Below, piece after piece: positions 1 to 9,194 of a stretch of 64,000 nt of DNA. The DNA lies in assembly GCF_028368995.1 (NCBI RefSeq), contig NZ_JAQNDL010000001.1, positions 2,080,001-2,144,000 of the forward strand, written 5' to 3'. The position numbers and the translations under genes were made by a program. Source of the stretch: Nannocystis bainbridge (GTDB lineage Bacteria > Myxococcota_A > Polyangia > Nannocystales > Nannocystaceae). The notes below the pieces were generated by a model. The model searched no databases. It was given only the letters and a program-made list of their open reading frames with translations, and had not been told where the DNA came from. The stretch's first letter is position 1; each line of letters opens with the position of its first letter.

Positions 1-1
1 T

Positions 2-1081
2 TTCCCCCCGACCATCGAGAACGAGCCCGAGGACCTCGACGCCTACGCCGATCTGGTGATCGAGGCGTGCAAGGACAAGGGCACGTTCGTGATGCCGCCG
101 TTCATGATGCTCGAGCGGCAGAAGAATGAATCGGGCTATAGGGCGACCGAGGCGGTCGGCGATCTGGCGACCAGCCCGGACGAGAAGGCGCGGCGGGTGC
201 CGATCAACGGCATCGATTGGAGCAACTGGGGCCGCCACGGCGGCTCGGTGACCAAGTACGCCTATTCAGAGCTGTTCACCAACAGCGTCGGTCGGGTCCA
301 GGCCCAGCATCCCGGCTACTTCGGTCCGATCGTGCATTCTCGCGGGGTCGGCGGCGGCCAGGTGACGCTCGCCACGGTGATGAAGGGCGTGACCCCGACA
401 GGCCGGGCGAACGAGGTCGACGGGTACGAGTGGGTGGCCGGCATCCCGGTGCCCCAGGGCGGGAAGATGCCGACGCCCGGGAACTGGACGGGCGCCACGA
501 ACTCGTGCAAGCGGGCGGCCAAGCTGTTCGACTCGAAGTTCAAACCCGACCAGCCGGGAGGTGCATCTTGCCGGCATTGCACGTACGACAAGGTGCCGGG
601 CGGCACGCGTTACGAGTGCGCCAAGTGCCTGGATCGCCTCCAGCTCGGGCCGGACCAGAAGCCGCTGCTGGCCGCGAACCAGGGCGACAACTCCTATCAT
701 TGCACCGCGGATGCCTCGCGCTGGCCGGAGCTGTTCGGCGAGCCGCTGGCGGATGACTCGGAGACCGGCCGGACGGAGTACCCGTGCTCGTGGCTGCGCG
801 CGGTGATGCGCTACGCGGGCGAGGGCGAGCGAGCCGATTCGCGTATGTTCAAGACGGCGCGGGAGATCGTGGCCGTGGGCAGGGCCGCGTCCGGCAAGAA
901 GACCGCGGGCGACGAGGACGAGACGGGCGACGACGAGACTGCCCAGGAGGAGCAACCCGCGCCGGACGAGGGGACGAAGAGCAAGGGCAAGACGGGCAAA
1001 AAGCCCAAGAAGCCCAAGAAGAAATCACCGGTGAAGCTCGCCATGGAGGACGCGTTCGTACGGGTCCGCAAGCAGTTGTGA
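2..1081 (+). CDS. Hypothetical protein, 5'-partial; Cys-rich (CRHC, CAKC) with acidic and Lys-rich C-terminus
   Basis: Frame open from base 2 (FPPTIENEPEDL...) to TGA at 1081; typical high-GC codon usage; no family recognised. Confidence 0.7.
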   Translation, partial: FPPTIENEPEDLDAYADLVIEACKDKGTFVMPPFMMLERQKNESGYRATEAVGDLATSPDEKARRVPINGIDWSNWGRHGGSVTKYAYSELFTNSVGRVQAQHPGYFGPIVHSRGVGGGQVTLATVMKGVTPTGRANEVDGYEWVAGIPVPQGGKMPTPGNWTGATNSCKRAAKLFDSKFKPDQPGGASCRHCTYDKVPGGTRYECAKCLDRLQLGPDQKPLLAANQGDNSYHCTADASRWPELFGEPLADDSETGRTEYPCSWLRAVMRYAGEGERADSRMFKTAREIVAVGRAASGKKTAGDEDETGDDETAQEEQPAPDEGTKSKGKTGKKPKKPKKKSPVKLAMEDAFVRVRKQL

Positions 1082-1092
1082 GGCCCGCGGCC

Positions 1093-1899
1093 TCACCGAC
1101 CGGGAGCGGGGTCCGGGGTGTCGACCCCCTCGACGCGAATGTTCCCCTTGAACTCATCCCATCGGTCGACTCGCGCGGTGGGAAGGAACCACCCGTCGCG
1201 GAACTCGAGGTCGACGTCGTGGCGGAGCTCGCCGTCGAGCGTGAGTCGCATGGCGAGCGTCCTGCAATATTCGCCGTCGGACAGGCAATAATGCACGTCG
1301 TGCCGGTGCCCGGAGCGGCACTCGAACAGCAGATCGGGGCGCCCGTCGAGGTTGAGATCGGGGAGCTTCACGCCGACGAGGCCGAGGCCCTCGGGCAGCG
1401 GATCGGGTCCTCGCAGGCCGCACGCATCGTGCGGTCGCGTGACCTCGTCGCCCCCGGGGAGCATCTCGGCGTCCACCAGCGTGATCCAGCCCTTGTCCGT
1501 CCGCTGCAGGACGTTCCAGCCATAACTACGCTCGGATGATTTGATCGGCTTCAACTGCCGCAGCAGCATGTACTGCTCCATCGGCCGCGTCGCATCGCAG
1601 GTGCAGGCCGGGTCCTTGCACAGCTTCTTGCAGGCGCCGTCGATCGCCGCCTGCTCCTCCTTGCCGAGGGCGAGGTTCGGAGCGCGATCGCCCGGGACCG
1701 TGAGCTTGTTGAAGACGGGCCCGCCGGCAGCGGGGCTGCTGGGCGGCGGGGCGGTCGTCGCGGGGGCGCCCACGTCCGGCTTCGCAGCGGCCGCGACTTC
1801 GACGGCGGCCGGGGCGGGCTCGGCTTTGGGGGCCGCGACCGGGGCCGTCGCAGCGCCGCAGGCCGCGAGGATCAGGACGATGAACGCGCTAGCCCGCAG
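1093..1899 (-). CDS. Putative lipoprotein
   Basis: Hydrophobic signal and lipobox FIVLILAAC, Pro/Ala linker, Cys-containing domain. Start uncertain (CTG at 1899, or ATG at 2034 overlapping the upstream gene). Confidence 0.6.
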   Translation of the reverse strand: MRASAFIVLILAACGAATAPVAAPKAEPAPAAVEVAAAAKPDVGAPATTAPPPSSPAAGGPVFNKLTVPGDRAPNLALGKEEQAAIDGACKKLCKDPACTCDATRPMEQYMLLRQLKPIKSSERSYGWNVLQRTDKGWITLVDAEMLPGGDEVTRPHDACGLRGPDPLPEGLGLVGVKLPDLNLDGRPDLLFECRSGHRHDVHYCLSDGEYCRTLAMRLTLDGELRHDVDLEFRDGWFLPTARVDRWDEFKGNIRVEGVDTPDPAPGR

Positions 1900-3100
1900 G
1901 GACCTGTTCGTCGGCGAGGGCGTCCCAGACCTCGTCGTCCTCTTCGAGCTCGTCGAGCTCGTCGGTGTCTCCGTCGTCGTCGTCGTCGTCGTCATCGCGC
2001 GCATGGTACTCGGCCTCGAAGTCGTGGATGCCATCGTCGCCCGCCGAGAGCGGGAAGACCCGGCGCGGTTGATAGAGGTCGTGGAACAGCACCGGTGCGC
2101 CGTCGGCGAGGCGGAGGGTGACGTCGCCGGGCGGCATGAAGGGCTCGGCGAGCAGGCCGTGCTCGTCGGTCTCGCCGAAGCGGGTCTCGTGCGCGACGGT
2201 CAGCTCGTATGCGAGGTGCGGCAGCGGCTCGCCCCACTCGTCGACCACGCGGATCTCGAGCACGTGATGCGTCGGCCCCCGCGCCTCCGCGACCGGCAGC
2301 GGCAGCAGGCGCGCGATCGGGTAGAGACCGGCGCCCACGGGCTCGCGCAGGAGGTCGTAGCGGTCGCTCGCGGGGATCGCCAGCAGCTGCGTCCAGCGGC
2401 GCCCGTCGAAGGCCGGGTCGACGGCCAGGACGCCGTCTGCCTCATGGAACCGCATGGCGTCGAGGCTGGTGTCGTTGAGCTCGAGCCAGTGCACGAGCTC
2501 GGCCTTGGCGACCTCGAACAACGCGCCGAGCGTCTGCTCGCCGATGACGCCGTCCTCGAAGATGTCGGCGCGGAAGGCCCGGTTGTAGGTGCGCTGAAAC
2601 GCCTCGACGGCGCGCGCGGTGGCAGCGTCGGCGACGTCGGAGATCGCCGGTACGGCGGTGTTCCAGCCGCACACGCGCTGCAGATAGTCGAGGTACACCT
2701 GGGTGTCCTGGACGCGCCCGTGCTTGCTGGCGAGCGCGACCCACGCCGACTGCTCGTCGCGCAGGAAGTGCAGCAGCGCGCGCGCGCGCACCTCGGCGAA
2801 CTCCTCGGGTTCGCCGGCCTCGCGGTGACCGACGACGAGCCCACCGTGGTCGAGGTGCTGCTGCAGATGGCGCAGCCAGGCGACCACCGGCGCCCACGGG
2901 TGGCGCGGCCCGACCCGCGGCAGCAAGAGGACGCTGCGCGGCAGGTAGTCGGTCCACGGCGCCTCCGAGGTGTGCACCTTCGGGCGATGCACCGCGAGGA
3001 TCGTGTGCTGACCGCTCGGGACGTCGTAACGGGCGATGGTGCCATCGGCTCGCAGCTCGACGTGCACGATCGAACGCTCGGCGGGCATGGTGGGGATCAT
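1889..3100 (-). CDS. Peptidoglycan-binding-domain protein with acidic tail
   Basis: TARAVEAFQRTYN...EDGVIGEQT resembles a PG_binding_1 repeat; Asp/Glu-rich C-terminus. Confidence 0.65.
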   Translation of the reverse strand: MIPTMPAERSIVHVELRADGTIARYDVPSGQHTILAVHRPKVHTSEAPWTDYLPRSVLLLPRVGPRHPWAPVVAWLRHLQQHLDHGGLVVGHREAGEPEEFAEVRARALLHFLRDEQSAWVALASKHGRVQDTQVYLDYLQRVCGWNTAVPAISDVADAATARAVEAFQRTYNRAFRADIFEDGVIGEQTLGALFEVAKAELVHWLELNDTSLDAMRFHEADGVLAVDPAFDGRRWTQLLAIPASDRYDLLREPVGAGLYPIARLLPLPVAEARGPTHHVLEIRVVDEWGEPLPHLAYELTVAHETRFGETDEHGLLAEPFMPPGDVTLRLADGAPVLFHDLYQPRRVFPLSAGDDGIHDFEAEYHARDDDDDDDDGDTDELDELEEDDEVWDALADEQVPAG

Positions 3101-3325
3101 GAGAAGCAGACCACTCCCCTGTCAAGCACCGAAACTCGCGGCTCCGCGCACGAGCCCAACAGCTCCGCCAACCTCGCGCGGACGCACGTCGTCCGCTCGC
3201 ATGAGCCTCGCACGGGCCCGACCCGGCTCCGCCGGCGCTGCGAGCCGGGGCCGCCGCGCGCGTGCCGGCTCCTCACGACCTTTCACGCCGTGTTCGGCCC
3301 GCGGCCTGCTACCTTCGACGCTCGC

Positions 3326-4057
3326 ATGCCCGCACGCATAACGAGACAGATACGCACATTCACGCTGACGCTGCTGCTCGGCGCGAGCTCGGGATGCCCC
3401 GCCGAGAGCGACGGAGACAGCGCCAGCGAGACGAGCAGCGAGTCGACGCCGACCGGCGATTCGACGACGACCGCGAATTCGAGCAGCGAGCCGCAGCCCA
3501 CGACGACGACCGAGAGCTCGAGCGGCGAGCCGCAACCGACCACGGCCGGCGAGGAGGGTGCGTGCGCGTGCATCCCCGAGGACGACTTCACCGGCCCGAA
3601 TGCCGGCGATCCGGATTGCGACGGCGGCCCGTGCCCGTTGCCGCCGACCTGCGGCGAGGAGCTGTGCCCGATCGTCGAGGTCGACCCTGCGGGCATGAAC
3701 TGCTTCGTCGCCAATGGCGAGCTCCTCGTGGACCCTGCCGCGGTCGAGTGTGCATTGACGGCGCTCCGCGATCGCACGCCCGGGTTTATCCGCTGGATCT
3801 GTCACCCGGCGGGCGACGGGCAGTTCACGCGTGACGGCTTCATCCTGATCGTCGACGACGAGACCGCGGTCCGGCGCGAGTGGGGCCACTTGAACGGCCT
3901 CTTCCAAGCCGGGCCGGCCTTGCTCGGCGACCTGCCTGCCCCCGACGTGTTCACGACGTGCCTGGGCCTGGGGACCGCCTCGGACCGCTACAATTGCCTG
4001 ACCGGCACCAACCTCACCACGACCAGCGAGATGTGCGTCGAGAGCTGGGGCTCGTGA
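3326..4057 (+). CDS. Ser/Thr-rich Cys-rich lipoprotein
   Basis: MPARITRQIRTFTLTLLLGASSGC signal, S/T linker, Cys-rich domain; this is the 3' part of the 1541..4057 ORF. Confidence 0.75.
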   Translation: MPARITRQIRTFTLTLLLGASSGCPAESDGDSASETSSESTPTGDSTTTANSSSEPQPTTTTESSSGEPQPTTAGEEGACACIPEDDFTGPNAGDPDCDGGPCPLPPTCGEELCPIVEVDPAGMNCFVANGELLVDPAAVECALTALRDRTPGFIRWICHPAGDGQFTRDGFILIVDDETAVRREWGHLNGLFQAGPALLGDLPAPDVFTTCLGLGTASDRYNCLTGTNLTTTSEMCVESWGS

Positions 4058-4209
4058 GGCCATCCCCCGCTGATACGCCGCTCGCGACGACCGCTCGCGC
4101 CGCCGTTCGTCGTCAACCCGCGGCGTCCGGCGGGGAGGCGAACCACTTGCAGCTCGGTTGGCACCCCGACGCGGTCGCCACGATCGCCGGATGGCTGTTC
4201 GCGCCGTGA

Positions 4210-4865
4210 CTACGGGTCGATATACTGCAGTTGGAGCACGGTCGAGTTGTTGCGCTCGTGCGGCCCGAACGTGCAGCCAGGGCTGGTCCAGCCGCAGGCG
4301 CCGCCGCCGGTGATGTCGGCGACCTGGTCGTCCTGGCTGAGCACCGCCCCGCCCGCCCCCTGGGCGCCGAGCGTGCAAAGTTGTCGAGCATGCGGAACGG
4401 GGTGCCCGTCAGGTCGATGTTTGCGAGGCCGTCGGCGACGTAGTTCCACTCGCATCCCGAAGCGACGCCGTAGGGCATCACGGTGACGGGCTCTTGGTTG
4501 CCATGGAGGAGCAGGCCGGTCGAGCTCGAGAAGGTCACATCGTCGAACTCGACCGCGAACGTGCCGGGGTCGATGCGCACGCGCGTGAACACGGTCCGCA
4601 CGTTCGTGCCGGTCGCATACTTCCCCGCGGTGTACTGCGAGAAATTGCGGCCCGCGCCGAGGGCGACCAGCCCGCGGGTCGTTGCGAACTCGTCGAGCAC
4701 CTCGAAGAACTCGTCGCGGGTCATACCCGCTCGCAGCAGGGCGCGCATCTCGGCGAGGCCCGGCGCCTGCGCCCGCGCTCGTGCGTCGCCGGGCTCCGGC
4801 GAAGCGACCGGCGGCGGTCGTGAAGGGCGTCCCAAGGCGCCGCGGATGCGGTCCCACAGGCTCAT
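4210..4865 (-). pseudogene. GON-domain protein with a frameshift near 4378
   Basis: NFSQYTAG...MPYGVASGC...ANIDLTGTPFRMLDNF continues in another frame as CTLGAQGAGGAVLSQDDQVADITGGGACGW, a GON-domain pattern; one extra T in the TTT run restores the frame. Confidence 0.65.
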
Positions 4866-5034
4866 CGTCTGCTCCTCGCGGGCAGTGTACGGGACCCCGC
4901 CCGCCGTGACGCGCTGCCACGAGCTCGACGAGCACGACGCCGATCGACGCGGCGCCCGTGTGCATGCGGGGCGCGACCCTGATGGACGACCCCGACGCGT
5001 GCGCTCGACGTGCCGCTGAGGCGAGATCGACCTG

Positions 5035-5064
5035 CGCCGCGATGGAGCGCGCTCCATCGCGGCG
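5035..5064. terminator. 30-bp perfect palindrome, possible terminator hairpin
   Basis: CGCCGCGATGGAGCGCGCTCCATCGCGGCG, 22 bp past the stop of 5087..5833. Confidence 0.4.
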
Positions 5065-5086
5065 GCGGGCCTCGCCGGCGGCGGGC

Positions 5087-5833
5087 TCACTCGACGTCGA
5101 TGTCGGTGAGGAAGCCCGGCAGCGGGCCCGAGGGCTGCGCGGCGCGGGGCTTCATGAAGTTCGCCTGCGAGGGCTCGCGCATGAAGGCCGGCGGCGGGAC
5201 GTCGCGGCTGTTCATGGAGTCGCCGAGGCCGGGCTCCTGCTGGGCGAAGAACGCGAGGATCGGCTTGACGCCGGCGATCTGCTCCTCGGTGGCGGCGTCG
5301 CGGATCGCCTGGTCGGCCAGCGCGGCGGCCATCGACTCGCGGATCTCGGCGATCTCCGCGTCGAGCTCGGCGATGCGTGCGGTGCCCTCGTCGATCACCT
5401 TCTGGGCCCGCGCGCCGCCCTCGCGGATGAACGCCTGCAGCGCCTCCACCTCGGCGCTCGCGGCCTGGATGATCTTCTGCGTCGGGACATCGAAGGCGGT
5501 GAACGCCGCCTCGACGATCTGCCGCTTCAGCGCGGCCGGCGAGTTCTCCGGCAGGCTCCGCAGCAGGTCCTGAGCCTTGGTCACGCGCTGCTGCTGCTCG
5601 ACCTCGACGCCAGCCCGGCGGAGCACCGCCGGGAAGTCGATCTCGGTCGGGTAGCGCTCGGTGAGGCGAAATTGGGGCGGGGGCGGGGGAGCGGGTGGCT
5701 GGATCGGCATGGGTGCGGGTGCGGGTGCGGGTGTGAAGGCGGGGACGGGTGCGGGGGGGAGCGCGGGCATGTCGTCATCGACATCGATCGGGCGGCTCCC
5801 GAACAGGCCCTTCAGGAAACTCATCAAGCCCAT
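5087..5833 (-). CDS. Hypothetical coiled-coil protein with amphipathic N-terminus
   Basis: MGLMSFLKGLFGS, Pro-rich linker, helical C-domain; good codon usage. Confidence 0.8.
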   Translation of the reverse strand: MGLMSFLKGLFGSRPIDVDDDMPALPPAPVPAFTPAPAPAPMPIQPPAPPPPPQFRLTERYPTEIDFPAVLRRAGVEVEQQQRVTKAQDLLRSLPENSPAALKRQIVEAAFTAFDVPTQKIIQAASAEVEALQAFIREGGARAQKVIDEGTARIAELDAEIAEIRESMAAALADQAIRDAATEEQIAGVKPILAFFAQQEPGLGDSMNSRDVPPPAFMREPSQANFMKPRAAQPSGPLPGFLTDIDVE

Positions 5834-6180
5834 GGTCTGGCCCTCTCTGGCATGGGACCGACTTTACTCCATTTTTTGAAGGGGCGCGCTTAAGCGGTTC
5901 GAAGGGGGAATTTCGTCGAAGTGTCGAGTGCGAACGCTTGGAGGTCCACGGAGCAGGGTCAGTTCGTGAACCATGATGCTCGACCTCGAACAGCTCTACA
6001 GAGCTCTCGGTCGGCAGGTATCGTGAACCTGGGCCCGGCGGGCACGCCGAGACGGACTCCTCGTCGGGCAAACGACAAGGGAGGCCGAGCGCGGCGCTGG
6101 AGGCCGGTGCGGTCAACCGGTGAACAGCAGGAGCGGCGCTGGAGGTCACGACAAGGAGGCCGAGCGCGGCACTGCGTCCG

Positions 6181-6735
6181 CTCGACGTCGCCACCGCCGG
6201 GACCGCCGCGCGCTTCCTCGCCGCCTTGCTGGCCGCCTCCCCGGTCGCCTGCCTCGTCGACGGCAGCGCCCGCATGCGCGAGCGGCCCATGGAGGGCCTC
6301 CTGCAGGCCCAGGGCGCCGACATCGCCTGCCGCGGCGCCGACGACACGTTGCCGTGCGAGATCAGGGGCGCCCGCCTGCGCGGCGGCGAGATCCGCCTGG
6401 CCCGTCCGCCGAGCTCCCAGTTCATCTCCGCCCTCCTGCTGGCCGCCGCGCTCGCCGCCGCCCCGCTGCGCATCGTCCTCGAGCCGGGCACCCCGGCGCG
6501 GCCCTGGGTCGAGCCCGACGCCTCGGCCGCGACCTACTTGTGGTCGCTGGCGGCGATCTACGGCGGCGAGGTCACGGTGCCCGGGCTCGGCCGCGCCAGC
6601 CAGCAAGGCGACGCTCGCTTCGGCGAGGTGCTCGCGCGCATGGGCGCCGCGGTCGAGCATGGCGAGCACGGCCATCTGGTCCGAGGGACAGGTTCTCTGC
6701 GCGGCGTCGACCTCGACCTGGCCGACATGCCCGAC
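6181..6735 (+). pseudogene. aroA: Internal fragment of EPSP synthase with internal deletion(s)
   Basis: AGTAARFL, DGSARMRERPM, SSQFISALLLAA, VEPDASAA, SQQGDARF, DLADMPD motifs; lacks N- and C-termini and the segment between ARPW and VEPDAS. Confidence 0.85.
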
Positions 6736-6822
6736 GCAACCCGTGGCAAGTCTCCCTCCCCGCCAAAGCCCCTCCGGGTGGAGCTCCGCGGCGTTTGGCA
6801 GCGGAGGGGCTTCTGGCGAGGA

Positions 6823-6844
6823 TGGGTCAGAACTTGTTCCACAG
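6823..6844 (-). repeat. 22-bp direct repeat of the glnA 3' end (att-like core)
   Basis: TGGGTCAGAACTTGTTCCACAG identical to 11758-11779; encodes LWNKF-stop. Confidence 0.9.
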
Positions 6845-6942
6845 GTCGCAGTTTGGCCGACGTCGCTGACGTGGCGTGTTCTTGGCCACTTGGGGCTCTT
6901 TGAGGCAAGTTTGGCACGGGATTGCCCCACATCGCGGCCGCT

Positions 6943-7404
6943 TCAAGGGCCGCCTGCTCCTTGGCCAGGTGGATGTACTTCTACATGGTCGACAATCGCG
7001 CCCAACGTGAAGCCGGTCGTCCGCATCCGCAAGGCATACGCGCCCCCACCGGGCGCCGGGCTGTCGGATGCGGTGTAGTAGCGGAAGACGTTGCTGGCGG
7101 AGGACCAGGGTCCTGATGCGCAATTGTGCCAGATCAGCCAGCCGGAAAGGTCTCCCGAGCCCTCGAAACTATTCGTATACACGGTCACCGGCGGCTCGGG
7201 CCTCCACGCGGAGACCGTGGGCATGCTGCTCTCGAGCCACGACTCCATGTCCCGCTGCCCATGGATACCGAGCGGGACTCCCAGGTACTGCGCCCATAAC
7301 TTGGCATGTCGTTCGCCGTCGGATCCTCTCGCGGCCGAGGCCGACGTGCGCGCATATGTTGCCGACACCTCCCCGCGAAATGGGCGAGGTCGACCGGCGA
7401 GCAT
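6943..7404 (-). pseudogene. Probable gene fragment (secreted or carbohydrate-binding-like)
   Basis: Protein-like core (VYTNSFEGSGDLSGWLIWHNC...AYALRMRT) without a credible start. Confidence 0.3.
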
Positions 7405-7560
7405 GCGGGCGTCGTCGTATCACCACCGGGCGCTTGACCGCGATGGATATCGATAGTCTCGTACGCGCCGTGGCGAGCGATCTCGGAGTCAGCCTGACAC
7501 GACTTCTGGACACGCCCCCCGCATTCGCCAAGCGAATAGCCGCACCGCGGCGCGTCGCGA

Positions 7561-7959
7561 TCAGCGGGGGAGGCAGTAACCGGTGATGTACTCCTGCGCG
7601 ATGCAGACGCCCGAGCAGTTCGTCTTGCAGATGGCGGACGTGGAATACCACGAGCCGTTCGAGGTGCACTGGTACTTGATCGGGCACGGGGGCAGGGCCT
7701 GGACCGAGCCCTCGCCCTCGGCGAGGATCAGCTCGGGCGCCTCGTCGAGCACGGATGAGCCCGGTTCATCCGTGGTGTTCTCGACCGGCTCATTGGTGTT
7801 CGACGACCCACCCTCGGTGTTCGTCGATGCGCCGGTCTCGCTCGAGTCTCCGGGCAGGTCGCCGCCCTGGTCCCCGAGATCGCAGGCCGACAGCGTCAGC
7901 GCGAGCGGGAGCACGAAAAAGAAGCGGGAGAAGAAGTGGATGCATTTGGAAGCGTTCAT
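7561..7959 (-). CDS. Small lipoprotein with Cys-rich C-terminal domain
   Basis: LALTLSAC lipobox; six Cys in the last 40 aa. Confidence 0.75.
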   Translation of the reverse strand: MNASKCIHFFSRFFFVLPLALTLSACDLGDQGGDLPGDSSETGASTNTEGGSSNTNEPVENTTDEPGSSVLDEAPELILAEGEGSVQALPPCPIKYQCTSNGSWYSTSAICKTNCSGVCIAQEYITGYCLPR

Positions 7960-8209
7960 CTTAAGTCTTCATCGGCCAGTTCGGCCCCCAGTCCAAGGGC
8001 CGACCCGGACAAACGCCGGACATTCCAGGCCACCCGCTCCCACCGTCATCGCCTCCTGTTGTTGTGACGGCCGCTGGGCGATGGGCGCGACGCCGCAAGA
8101 GCAGGTGCGATCACCGCGCCGCTGCCCGCTCGCAGTGTCCCGTCGCGCCCGCCTTCTGTCCGACACGGCCCTTCGCGGCGGCCCCGACCCGCGCCATCGT
8201 CCGGCACCC

Positions 8210-9127
8210 ATGCGTGCGCTCTGCTTCATTCTCCTCCTCGCCGCGTGCGCCCCGACCGTGCGGGCCCCGACCGTCCCGGTGGCGGTCGCCGGCGTGGAGC
8301 ACCGCGAGACCCACCTGCGCGGCCGGGACGGCGTCGAGCTGTATGCCCAGTCGTGGCGCCCCGCCACTCCCGTGAAGGGGGCAGTCATCGTGATCCACGG
8401 ATTGAAAGATCATGGCACTCGATATGCTGCGCTCGCGGAGCATTTGACCGGGCAGGGTCTCGCCGTGCACGCCCTCGACTTACGCGGTCACGGGCGATCC
8501 GCCGGCGAGCGCGCGTACGTCGCGGATCTCGGCGAGTATATCGCCGACCTCGAGCTCTTCGTCGCCGCGGTCCGTGCGGCCGATCCCGGGGTCCCGCTGT
8601 TCATGATGGGTCACAGCATGGGCGGAGCGCTCGCCACCACCTACGCGCTCGCGCACCCGGGCGACCTCAAGGGCCTCGTACTCAGCGCCCCGGCGCTCCG
8701 TCTCGGCCCCGAGGTGAGCCCCGGGCTGGTGAAGATCACCAGGAAGCTCGGACGCAAGCACCCGCACTGGCGGATCCTGAAGCTCAGGCCGCGCTGGTTC
8801 GCCCGCGATCCCGAGGTCGTCCGCGATGTGGACGGGGCCGATCCATGGGTCGATCGCCGCAAGATCCCGGCGAGCACCGCCGCCGCGCTGATCGCCGGCA
8901 TCGAGCATATCCAGGGCAACATGGAGAAGCTCTCCGTCCCTGTGCTGATCATTCATGGCGACGCGGACCGCATCACGCCGCCCGAGGGCAGCCGCGACCT
9001 GCTGCGCCGCGCCGGCGTCGCGGACAAGCATCTGGAGCTCTATCCCGGCTATTATCACGATCTCCTCCACGAGCCCGAGCACGCCGAGGTCATCGAGGAT
9101 ATCGCGTCCTGGCTCGGCCGACATTGA
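8210..9127 (+). CDS. Alpha/beta hydrolase, lysophospholipase/monoglyceride lipase family, lipoprotein
   Basis: IHGLKDH, DLRGHG, GHSMGG, HGDAD and YHDLLHE motifs; LLAAC lipobox. Confidence 0.9.
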   Translation: MRALCFILLLAACAPTVRAPTVPVAVAGVEHRETHLRGRDGVELYAQSWRPATPVKGAVIVIHGLKDHGTRYAALAEHLTGQGLAVHALDLRGHGRSAGERAYVADLGEYIADLELFVAAVRAADPGVPLFMMGHSMGGALATTYALAHPGDLKGLVLSAPALRLGPEVSPGLVKITRKLGRKHPHWRILKLRPRWFARDPEVVRDVDGADPWVDRRKIPASTAAALIAGIEHIQGNMEKLSVPVLIIHGDADRITPPEGSRDLLRRAGVADKHLELYPGYYHDLLHEPEHAEVIEDIASWLGRH

Positions 9128-9194
9128 CATACGAGGTCGATCCACTCGCCCCCTCGACAGCCCGCTCGCCGCGCACGCGGAGCAGCGGTCGTGA

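Larger units (their letters stand above)
5885..6844 (-). mobile_element. Non-autonomous element sharing both ends with the IS91-like relic at 10358-11779; carries an aroA fragment
   Basis: 5885-6110 resembles 10358-10545, and 6736-6844 resembles 11670-11779. Confidence 0.7.

Noticed and set aside
1541-3325. 5' part of the 838-aa plus-strand ORF
   Set aside because: Antisense to two better-supported genes; only 3326-4057 looks coding
6827-7123. 98-aa ORF ending LWNKF like GlnA
   Set aside because: Only the att-like core is shared; the rest is not protein-like
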